Origin: Protoeuglena noctilucae
Lineage: Eukaryota
Length of the DNA stretch: 64,000 bases
Reading direction: 5' to 3'
Assembly (NCBI GenBank): GCA_958009085.1
Contig: OY253686.1
Location: 372,001 to 436,000, forward strand
This document shows positions 37,176-48,359 of the stretch, piece after piece. A program made the translations under genes and the position numbers. A model generated the notes under the pieces. That model searched no databases. It saw only the letters and a list, made by a program, of their open reading frames with translations, and was not told where the DNA came from. How positions within the stretch are numbered: the first letter of the stretch is position 1; every line of letters starts with the position of its first letter.

Positions 37176-40100
37176 ATGGCGGGGTTTCGCCTCCTAGCTT
37201 GGCTTCCGAAGGTGAGCGGCGCGCTCGGATGCGGCGACCGCCGGTCCCGGTCGCTGTTGCCACCCACTTTGTAGAGAGTAATTTTTCCTTCCCGCTCCCG
37301 CCGCGCGCAGCCGGTGCTGTTATCCTGCAGCAACGTTGCTGTCCACCTTCTCAATTCCCCCGCATCGCGGCGGGTTCACCACGAGCCTCCCGCAGCGGAG
37401 GTTGAGGACAGTCCAGATGATGGAATTCTGCCCCTCGAGGAGGGGGAGCCCGGCGGCTACGCGTGGCCCGACAAAGGTGAGTACCCGAAGATGGGAGCTT
37501 TTGACTGGCCGCCCCGCCGAACCGAAGGGGTGAACGCGGCGGCTGTGCTACCCCGGTCATCAGCAAGCGAGCGATCTAGATATCTGCGCTACGCGCGGGG
37601 TATGCGGCGCACGGCGCGGCGCCGACGTGTCCCTGTTTTCCATCACAGCTCCGCAGCATGTCCCGGCCCGCGTATTGGACTCCCTCCGGGCGGAAGCAAG
37701 CCCGCCAGCACCTCGCGATGGCAACGTCCAGTCCAAACCTTACGTCATGTGCGGTGAGATGCCGCGCGGGCGTGCTGCCCCTGCTTTTGGTGTCAATCCA
37801 TGCCCTGACCGCCGGCCGCCGGCCCGCCCGGCCCCTTTCCTACGATGGGCGAAGCTCGTTGCTTGAGATTTGACCAGCGCGACGCATAGACCCCGCCCGG
37901 CCTGCGCGCAGAGATGGTCCCCGTTGGTGTCGTCGTCCAGTCTGCGGACGGCACGGTGTGCTCCTGGAACCTCCGCCTGATGATGCAGCTGCTCCAGGCG
38001 ATGGAGCTGGCCGCCACCGCGGACCACGCGTCCCTGCGGACGGCGGCGCAACTCCTGCAGGCCCTCAGCACATTGCCGATGCGGGAACGGGCCATGGCGC
38101 TCTCGAGCATCGAATGGTCCCTTCGGGACGTCTCTCGGCCCGTATGGAACTTCACGGACGCATCCAATCGGGTCCTGGGGCCTCTCTCCCTGCCCGACCT
38201 TGCCCGGTGGTGCGCGGCAGGCAGGTTTGCACCGTGCGACACCCAAGCCCTCCTATGCCACAGGCGAGCGCCGCAGTCGTTGCTATGTGCCAGCGCACTC
38301 GCTCTGCATACCGCCCTGCGCCTGCCGCATGCTGCGTGCCCCAGAAGGTTCCACGCCGTGCTGCCGACGCGCTCAGCTGACTTCCCTGTCTGTGCAGCCT
38401 GACGGGGGTGTGGATGAGCCTCGCCCTGGCGTGCCTCCTGACGGGCGTGCCGCTCACGGGGCTTCCCGAGGTGCAGGGGACGCTGGCGCGGGCAGGGGAC
38501 GGGCGCGGGAACCAGCTGCGGATGCTGATGCCCAGCGCGTCTGGGTCAGATGCCACCGTCAGCGTTCAGGAGGGGTCGCTGAGCAAGCGCACGTCGACGG
38601 TCACGATCGCCGCGGGCGGCTCGCTGGGGCACGGCTTTTACGGCCTCTCGCAAGAGGCGGAGGCGGCGGCGGGGCCTCGGCCGCAGGTGGCGCGGGCGTT
38701 CAGCCAGCTGGCGCCCGCCACGCGCGGCCTGGTCCATGTGTCGCCCGGCGAGGGGAGCAATGACGGCAGCCGCTCGCTGGCGGCCTCCCGGCGCGCCTCC
38801 GGGGCCAACAACTCCGCATTGGGCACGTCCCCCCGTGTGGGCAGCCGGGTGGGCTCTTTGAAGGAGGAGGCCGGGGCAGGGCGCCGGAGGGCCGACGAAG
38901 ACGCGGAAATGACCGATCTGGAGGCCGGCCTCGTCGAGGAGCTCAGGATAGGTGCGGGACGGCGCGGAAAGGAAACGGCACAAACTCGCCTGCGGTTCTC
39001 CATGCCTGCAGCGAGGCTCACGAGTCGCTCAAGTGTCCATCTTCTATCTCTGAAGCTCTGCGTTTTATTTTTCGCGCAGTGCGTGCCGGTCAGGGCACTC
39101 CGGGCCGCAAGGGCGCCCCGGCTTTGACGGTCCCCGCTGAGACGGACAACGACGTGGAGATGGCGGATATGATGGAAGTCGACACGATCAAGCGAATGAT
39201 CCTCGTCCTGGACACCAACGTGCTCCTGGCGAACTGGTCTGCCGTCGCCAAGATCATGGCTGCGTCAGAGGAGGCGAGTCGCTTTAGGTCTGCGGGAGTG
39301 GAGTGACGGACCACCGCCACGCTGGCGGTGCTTTCTTGGCAGTGGCCCTGGCCGAGCGACGTTCACTGATGTAGCACACGTGCAAAACACCCGTGTAGCC
39401 AATAGAACACCTGTGTAGGGACAGCGAGGGCGCATGGCCACTTGCCACCGTGACGCTTCCGCTTGACCTGCAGATGCGCAAGCAGCCTCGCGAGGGCGTC
39501 GTCCACGAGGTGCGTGGGTACCTGCCCTACGCTGTTCTGAACGAGCTGGACGCGCTCAAGACGTCGACCTCAGTGCACGGGGGCCAGGGGCAAACGACCG
39601 GGGAGCTGGCGCGGCGGGCGCTGCGTCTCATCACTGAGAACATCGCCCGTGGTGGTCACACGTTCTTCGTCGGACAGAGCCTGGAGGAGTATGCCGAGAG
39701 CGAGCGCGCGGGAGGGGCTTTCGGGCTCAAGAACGATGGTGAGCGGCGGCTGCGATGCAATCGGCGAGGCTGGTGTTGAAGCACGCCCGTCAGGGCGAAT
39801 GCCAGGGTACATGCTATGGCGATGCGTAGAGTGCGGAGTTCGCCTCGCCCGTCCCTGTGTCGCAGACAGCATCCTTCAGGCTTGCCTCCAATTGATGAAC
39901 ACAATGGCGGTTAAAGTACGCGTCTCGCCCAACGTCGTCGCGCACCGTGGAGTCGTCATGGCAACCAACGACAACGCCCTGCGGTGCGCACACTCAAACT
40001 GTCCGCTTTTTACTTGCCTTGCCGCAGTTTCATGCTCTCTGTTTGCAAACCGAGTCAAAATAGCGTGCAGGCAACCCAGTTGCCCCCCTTACCCACCTGT

Positions 40101-41270
40101 ACCCACTGTTATCTCCGCAGTGTCAAAGCCCATCTGAGCGGCGTGCAGGCCATGGGCATCCACCAAGTGGAGCAGCACGTGGACAGCAGAGACCTGGACA
40201 GCCTCATTGGCGTCATTCTGTCCAACGCCGCGCACGTCGCCAAGCCAGGAGGCCTGCAAGCTCTCTCCCACCCTGCACGGCAGTGGCTGCCTCGCACGGA
40301 CATGGCGCGGATGGCTGCTGCGCAACACTCGCGCAGCCAAGCATCGGACGAGGGGTCGCCCGGCGCGCACTCGGCATCGGCACCCGGGTCCCGCGGCAGC
40401 TCCCAGAGATCCCTGCCAAGTACGGCTCCCGTGCCCACGCGGCCCACGCGCTCTTCGCCGGGCAACTCCCTGCGGTCCATGCCGGTCCAGCGCGCGAGCT
40501 CGTTGCTGGGCATGAGTCAGGCCATGCAGCAGCTGGCCATCCCGCTCGGCTCCTCCCCTATTATGCCCAACCAAGCCGTGTCGGTCCCGGTCTGCGGCCC
40601 GGGCCTGGGCTCGCTCCCGAGCCCTCTTCAGCTGCAGCTGCAGCACTACCTCGCAGCGCAGGGTGCTGGCATGGCCACCGGGCCCTGGATGGCCCCGGAG
40701 ATGGCCGGCTTACTTCCCATGGCCCCTATGGCACCCCACGGCGCAATCTCCGGGCCAGCCATGATCCAGATGCCAATGCCGGCGCCAGGATCGGCCGCGC
40801 CCGCGTTTGCGCCCCCGCCGGCGCTTTCTGTGGACGACATGGCGCAGGAACTGCTTCTTTGCGTGCGCAGCCTGGCGCCTGTAATCGAGGCCGCCCTCCG
40901 CTGGGCCCTGGGGGACCTCTGGGAGCACGTCGCCAAGCGGGACCCGCCGTCGACCAATTGGACAGCAGCCGACTGCGCCGCGCTGCTGCACGAGCACTAC
41001 CAGGGTGTCTTCTCGGACCTTCTGCCGAAGGGCACCCGCGGGCGCCTGGGGGATTTGGAGCGGCTGATGCAGCGCTTGGAGCGGCGCAAAGTGACGATGG
41101 GCGACCTGTCCACCACGCTGGTGTCGACGCGAGGAGTGATGGTCGCCCTGGAGTTGGGCCTCGCCAGGAAGGGCCTCGTGCAGGCCGCCAGCGCCGTGAG
41201 GCAGATCCTTGCACGCATGTCACTGTGGTCCGGCCGCGTCCCGGGGGCCGAGGGAGGCCCGCCCGTCTGA
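37176..41270 (+). CDS. SWT1-like PIN-domain RNA endonuclease; 5' exons uncertain
   Basis: PIN motifs ILVLDTNVLL, LPYAVLNELDALK, ARRALRLI, ND-DSILQACL, VMATNDNALR-VKA. C-terminal helical segment (LGDLWEHVAKRDPP...WTAADCAALLHEHYQGVFSDL) resembles the Swt1 C-terminal domain. Confidence 0.78.
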
Positions 41271-42640
41271 GGCACCGGACGACGCCGACGTGACATCAAT
41301 CGGTTACTTTGGTCGGATTCTAGTCGAATGTCAAATGTTTCGGTAGGCTTTGACTTGCGGGGCCTCACAGCCACCGAGCACGTCAGTCACCTCGCGTCAC
41401 TCGCCTTTGGCAGCCGCCCCCGCCGCAATTGCAGGCTCGTGCAAGCGGCCTGTGCGCACACAGGTGCTCTCTTAGTAATTCCTCTTGGGGTTTTCTCTTT
41501 ATCATACGAGCGCCGTTCAGGTCCATGTTTTTCGTCGTTGCCGTAACGGAGCAGGCCAGGAGGCCTGAGGGAGGGTTCAGGGTTGAGAGAGGAGGGAGCT
41601 GTGTACTCGCTTCCCCGTTTCGGTTTATGTTAGGACGAGCGCTGCCAGGGGCAGCGTGGTCCGCCAGTGGCCTCCGATGGTTGCCATGTTGTGCCTTCGG
41701 TTGGGCGTCGCCCATTGGGCACGGGGGCGCATTATGAGGAGTGGCAGCAGCAACACCAGCAGTAGCCGCGGTGTGATGGCCACATGCAGCGTAAAGAGCC
41801 AGATGTGGCTCTCGCAGATCTGCTTGCCCCGGCCCCTCCCGCTGCAGCACGCAGCGGTGACGATAGGTCGTTGATCGTGTTAGATGCTAGCTAGCCTCTG
41901 CTGCATGACCGGCACGGACCCTTTCCATGGCCCCTGTTTAGTCACGTGCCTTTCCTCGAGTCTCCCTTGCTCCTAAGGGTACCATGGGGTGGGCCTGTCA
42001 TGCCAGTATATGTACGATGGATGCAGGATCGCTGTTTCGCATCCTCCGGCGGTTGCCGGCCGCTCTGAGCATCAGGGCGCGCCGCAGTACCTGCCGCGCA
42101 AAGGAGGCTACGTGCGCGCTCCCGCATAACCATGTATCGATGTTACATGTGTTGTTGTTGTGTCTCCAACGGTTGTGTTCCAATCTCACGGGCAACGGCA
42201 ACCCGTGGGGCTGCCACAGTTGGTCTTCAGAGGTCTCGTGACTTGGGTCCGTCTGTCAAAGGCCCACGAGTCAAGTTCCCTGTATATGAGATGCCTTGCT
42301 TGCTCCATGTCACCCCACCCTGGACCTGCGCCGCCTCTGGACAATGCCGCTGTCGCACGTCCGCCTGGTTTGTTCGTTAGTCCCCGTCCCATGCAGTTCA
42401 GCGCACGTATATGGCCAATATGGGAGCATCCCCGGCTGTCGGGAGCTTCATGGGACGGTGGCCGACTGCTCACATCCCCCGCGGTTTTCATGCTTTCATG
42501 CTGTTTCTGCGAACCCGGCCGCCCCCTCCACCAGCGTTTTTGCTTGATCGCTCTCGATTGCTCTTTGAATAGGCAAAGCGTGACATGCTAAGCTACTCGG
42601 CTACCCGTGAAGTACGAAACCAGATTCCCGCTCCAGCTCC

Positions 42641-44590
42641 TCACGCGGCCTTTCGGGTACTCCTCCTGGTCGTGGTCCCATCCGCGTCGCCGTCTGCGTC
42701 CCCACCGGCCTCGGATCGCCGCCCGCGGCTCTTGGCGCGCGGCGAGGGGCCCCGGGACCGCGGTGTGCGCCCCGCCGCGCTGCGGCCTCGTCCGGCCCTC
42801 TCCGCACCCACCGCCGCCGCCGCTGTCGCGGTCGCGCCCTTGCCCAGGGCGTCGATGGCCTCCTTGCGCAGGTGCTGGAAGGACGCGACCATGCGCTTGA
42901 GGCCCTCCTCGACGGACACCGCCGGGTCGTACCCCAGGCGCTCCCGCGCACGCTGGCACGAGAAGGTCCGGTGCTTGGCCGCGCACAGCATCCGGAACAC
43001 TGCGGAGAGATGAGTCAGGCAGTCTTTGTGAGTCTGTCGACTGTGTTTATATGACTCTGCCGTCTGAGTACCTGTATTTCTCTACAGATGTTGATCTTTC
43101 GCTGATCCAGCACCTGGCCTCCACCTGGACGCATCGTGTCGACCCCTAAGGTGCCAACCCCCCACAACACGCCGACTTGCCCCGAAACGCGATGCTCACC
43201 CGTGAACTCGGTCGAGGCGTTGACGCCCAGGGCGCGCAGGAGCGCGATGGCGACCTCCGCGATGTAGGCGATGGCCACGATGAGCCAGAAAGGGAGGTGG
43301 ATGTGGGGCAGGGACTTGGGCGGGTAGCCCAAAGACCCGAGGAACGTCCCCAGAAAGGTCCAGAAGGGACGCGGGTCGCCGTTGGTGATGAAGAAGGGCT
43401 GGCCAGCCACGCCGTCGCGCCCGTCGCGCAACGCACGGTCCGCGAGCAAGTGGCTGTCCGCCACGTTGCCCACGTAAGTCCTGCGCAAGCGCAAAGCACG
43501 ACATGTGTCAGACCAAGCGCCGAATCGATGGCGGGGTCCAGAGGCGCTGCGAGCGATGCCGCGCGTGACAAAGCACGTACGATGTGCTTGCCTTCTGCTT
43601 TGATGCAGCGTGCTCTCACCAGTCCATGAGGTTCTTGCCGTCGCCGATGACGAAGCGCATCTTGCCCTCGCGGCACTGGTCGACGGCCGTGGGGACGAGG
43701 AGGGGGTCGTTCTCGCCAAAGATTCCCGAAGGACGAAGCGCGACTGCACGCAAGATATGCAGCAAGGGACATGAGAAATTCGCACGCGCGCGTTTTAAGA
43801 ACGAATATGTTTGCAGCGCAGAGCTATCCACTTGCGCTGACCGGGGCAGACATGCAATACTCCTCCTGCTCGTGAGCACCCCTACAAGAGGTCCGGGCCC
43901 TCGCCTGTCTGGACACCCTTCTGGCCGTTAGCCTCGAGGACAAGCTTCTCCGCGAGCATCTTGGTCTTGGAATAGAAGTCGTGGAACCGGGTCGGGTAGG
44001 GCACGGACTCGTCGACGAACTTGTAGTCGCTGCCGTCCCACGCCACACTGGCAGAGGACGTGTACACCAGCCGCGTGCATTTGACGGCCTGGCATGCCAG
44101 AATGACGTTCTCCGTCCCCACGACATTCACCTGCGAGCATGACGGCGGAAGCGAGGGTCTGTGGGCAACGGAGGCACGCAACAGCGACGGGGCATCAGGT
44201 CTCTGACCATGACATGCACTCGCCTTGTACATGGGGCCGAAGGACGTGGCGTTCTTGCCCGTGGGCGAAAAGGTCGCGGTGTGGAAGCACACGTCGTGGC
44301 CCCGCATGGCCTCCGTGATGGAGTCGACTGACGTGAGGTCGCCCGTGACGCTCTTGCATGGGACCGAGGGGTCCGGGAAGGGGCGCAGGTCGAAAACCGT
44401 CACTTCGTACTCCCCTGCGCACGAACGGCAGTGTAGATGAATGGGCTGCGGCAAGGGAGGAACGGAGCGCTGCAGCGATTTGCGGGGAGGCGGGACTGCC
44501 GCACTCACCCGACTCGACGAGCTTCTTCACGAGGCTCTGGCCCAGGAAACCCGACCCGCCCGTGACCAGGGCGCGGAATCGCGCAGGCAT
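42641..44590 (-). CDS. 3beta-hydroxysteroid dehydrogenase/C4-decarboxylase (ERG26/NSDHL/3betaHSD-D family, extended SDR)
   Basis: [38 protein letters not shown] (YxxxK), [39 protein letters not shown]. Confidence 0.92.
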
Positions 44591-44608
44591 CGTTGGATGA
44601 ACGCGGCC

Positions 44609-45252
44609 TCAATCGCGGGGCTCGCGGGCGCCGGGCGGGGCAGTGCCGGGGCCGTCTCCGGGCGAGTCGGGCTTCTTGGCGCGCTCGAGCACGGCGGTCT
44701 TCCAGCGCTGCCTCTCGGAAATGTTCCTCGCGATCACGTCCTCTTGGCCTTGACGCCGAAGCAGCTCCTCGTCCCAGGCGCGGTGGGGGAACTGCAAGCC
44801 GCCAGGTCCGGGCGAACGGCTCGCGATCTCGCGCCCCGTCGGTTCAGCCCGGCCTAACCCGGCTTCCATACGTCAGCAAGAGGCTAGCGGGATCGAGGTT
44901 CGCGCAGTGCCAGGCAGCGAGCAGTGGGAAACGCGGCACGAAAGCATGCCGCACTCACGAGCCTCAGCACGTACTCCCGGAGCACCGGATGCGTGGTGAC
45001 GAGCGCGACAGCGACGGGTGTTGCGACAAAGATGGAGAACTTGAACAACTGCGGGCGCGAGAGGCACGGCATCGGGCGCTGGTACCCTGCCCACGGCCAC
45101 CCCAAAATCGCCTGCCCGCGCGATGCCGCGGAACGCGATCTGCGTCCCGTCTGTCAGAGGCAGTCATTGACATCATTGAGATGTATCGCGATCGCTGCGA
45201 GCGTCATCCGCGAAGCCTTCGCCCCGCGACGCACCTCTCGGCCGTGACCCAT
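44609..45252 (-). CDS. Small PET100-like mitochondrial COX assembly protein (single TM helix)
   Basis: Splices as MGHGRE|LFKFSIFVATPVAVALVTTHPVLREYVLRL|...FPHRAWDEELLRR...EPRD*. MG..E-LFKF followed by a TM helix with a central Pro resembles the PET100 N-terminus. The middle exon structure is uncertain. Confidence 0.6.
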
Positions 45253-45691
45253 CGAGCTCCGAAGATGAAACAGGTGTGAGCGGTAATCAACAGCGGCATT
45301 CCAAACTGGCGCGGACGCGTGGGCGGAGTGGCTGCTCAGCAATGCGTTCCTGACGTCGGGCGCGCCAGCGATTGCCTGTCCTGAAGTTCGCTGCGTCCCC
45401 TACACTCACTACCACTGCCCTGCTCCTGCCAGAAGTGAGCTGGGAGGAGGAGAAGGGACAGCAAGCAGATCGCGCGGCTGCAGATTATCCATTCAGGCCC
45501 CCAGCGCTCGACGCAGCTTGAAAACAGGTTGGGGTGCCCTGATTCGCGTGACGGAAGTGGCAGCGTCTCCTTAATTAACTACAGATTCCACCGCCGGTGG
45601 CTGGCAGTGAGGGCGGCGCTTCCATGGCGGGCGAAGGTGGGCGGAGCGCTCAAGTTTCCACCTCGGCCTCGCGGCGCACGATGCCTGTTCG

Positions 45692-47925
45692 ATGCTTAGG
45701 AAGGCGGTGTTCCAAACAGTGTATTGTTCAAACTGTCCTGCAGGCGGGTCCGCTGTCGAGAACATGCAGCCCGCTGCGCCGGAGCCTGAGGCGGAGGCAC
45801 CGCCCGAGGGGATGAAGCTCGACTGGCTGGAGTGCGACGCGTGCGGCAAGTGGCGCGACAAGATGTTGCAGCCCGCGGACGGCTCGGGTTACCAGCACTG
45901 GCAGTGCGCCGTGGGGGGCCGGCGGTGTGAGGAGGACTGCGACTTTTGCCACACGTCGCCCTGCAGCTGCGACAAGCTCGGTGAGGGCGCACCGGCGAGC
46001 CCTGCGTTTCCCGCAGCCGCTAGTTGTTTCCACGAACTTCCTCTCTTGGACCCCCGCGCCCCCAGACACGAGCGCGTATCTCGTCACGGGGACTCGCATC
46101 CCGCACCCCGACTTCGTCCCCAACATCAAATGGAGGAAGGGCTTTGACGAGAATGGCATCCCGAACGGAGACCCCTGGCTGGTATGGTGCACCAAGGCGA
46201 GTCGGGCTCGCACATCGCCTCGCTTACGGGAAGATCTCAACGGGCATGCGACGACGTGCTACCGACGCTTCGGCGATCGCTCGCTTGGCTCTGTGGCCGC
46301 AGTGCAAGGTCTGCGGACGCTCGGCGACAGCGATCGATCGTCGGAAGAAGATGGACGAGTGGATCGCCAAGCACGGCCCCAACACGCGGTGTGGCAACCA
46401 GTGGGTCCGGCAGCGGGACGGGCAGACGCTCACCGCCGACGACTTCACGTACAAGCTGCCCAAGGACCAGAGGTGAGGTGCCTGCAATTCCGTCAGCGTG
46501 GCGTCGGCCTAACGCCGCTTTGTGCTGGCAGACTTGCATGTGGCTCTGCCCTAGGCATGCACCGCACCATGCACACCATGCACCAGGACGTGACACATGT
46601 GGCATGGACTGCGTGCCTTGGAACGCAGGGAGATCGCTTCGCACTTGAAGGAGATTAACCGCCTGCGTCAGGCCATGGGCCACGACGCGATCGTCATTCC
46701 CGGCAGGGCAGAGGGCGGGGGTGCAGGCGGGGCTGCGGGGGGGGCCGGGTCGCAGGGCGGGTCGACGCGGGTGCCGGCGGGGGCGGAGAGCGAAGGGAAC
46801 GGCGGGGTCGGAGCGGCACGGGGCCCGGCTGGGGCTGGACCAGCAGCTGGCGTGCCGGCAACACGGAACGGTGGCAACGGTGGCGAGGGCCAGGACACGT
46901 CTATTGGGGACCCTTTGGGCAAACGTCAGCATGAGGCGGGCGCCCCTGTTGTCGACGCGGGGACCTCTGGGCGGGGCACGGCTGAGGACGGGGAGGGTCC
47001 TGCCAAGCGGCCCAAGAGCGCGCTGTCGGGGTTGAGCGCGGAGGCTGTGAGCCAGGGGGGTCTCGCGGGGCGCCTCGCGCAGCCATCGACACCGGAAGCG
47101 GTGGAGATGGAGGCAAACGACACGGATAGGGGAGCGGTGGGGGAGGCGGAGGTGGCTGGGGCTGTCGAGGCAGCGAGTGAACCAGAGGGCCAGAGCAGGG
47201 CACCAAGCGGCGTCCCTGATGCCGCAGTTGCAGCAGAGAGGCCGCAGTGGAGGGCGCCGGAGGCGGCGGGGTCCTCACGGCAGCGCGTGGCGGATTTGTC
47301 CGCGGTGCCGGCGCTGCAGAGGCCGGCAGAGGGGCACCCGCGGTTCGCAAGCATTGAGGCGCTGCTCAGAGACGTGACGCCGGCGTCGCTGGGGCAGATG
47401 GGGCGCACGGTGGGTGGTGGGGCGGCGATGGGCGGGGTGGCAGGGGGTGGGGTGTCAGCAGGCGGGGCGGTGGGTGGGGCAGAGGGCGCTGCTCCCCTCC
47501 TGGAGCAATGTTTGGATCACTGTGAGGCGGTCATTCGCGACTGCAAAGGCGACGCGGAGATGCTCGCCGCTGCGATGCGGGGGATCGTGAGGCACCTGGG
47601 CAGGGCGGCGGCGAGGGCTTCGGTGGAGCGTGCGTCGGTGGCGGAAGAGCTCGGGAGGGTGTCCAGGTGCGGAGTGGGCAATGACGGTGTTGCACCCTGG
47701 TGTTGCACGCTGTGGCTGCTGCTTACCTTTGAAAGTGACTGCCTGCACTTGGTGTCGGGCACTTGGTGCCCGACATGCAAAGCAGCTGGGTATGCATACG
47801 TGTCGTGCAGGGCGTACGGGCAGGTCGAGGCGGCTCGGGACGAACTGGCGGCGTGCGTGGCAGCCCTGCATCACGCGACCGCCGCGGGCGGTGACGTCCT
47901 CGCGCAGCTGTCCCCGCTCAGGTGA
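45692..47925 (+). CDS. CW-type zinc-finger protein with additional Cys-rich motifs and a disordered Gly/Ala region; start uncertain (45692 or 45764)
   Basis: WLECDACGKWR...WQC...C fits the zf-CW pattern. It is followed by CDFCHTSPCSC, a later WL-CKVCG and a basic PAKRPK motif. Confidence 0.7.
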
Positions 47926-48359
47926 ATCGAATGCGGCCGGCTCAGCACATACTCGGGATTGTTTCCTTGCGGCGCTGTCCCTTCCCAAAAAGAGAGACAC
48001 TCTGCAAGATATTACTTCATTAGAATCATCATGGATAAGCACGTGGTGCCATGGTATGTTCATCTACAATAACGCCTTGCCCCCGCAGTCGTGCGGCAGT
48101 GACGCGACATTCGGCTGCCATGAAGGATCAGCGGATGGGGACGAGCGCCAGCGGCTCATAGGGGCAGTGCGTAAGTGTCCTGCACACGAGCCGCATGCAC
48201 CAACACCCCGTTTCCTCCCTTCCCTTCAACACAACACCAACACCAAATGTTGCTGACCCAGGCCACGTCTCCCACGCCGCCCCTAGCGCGTCTGCGCGTT
48301 GCTTGCCGTCGCGGCGCCTTGCGGATGAGACTTTTTTTGAACATTGTCTCTGTCGGCGC

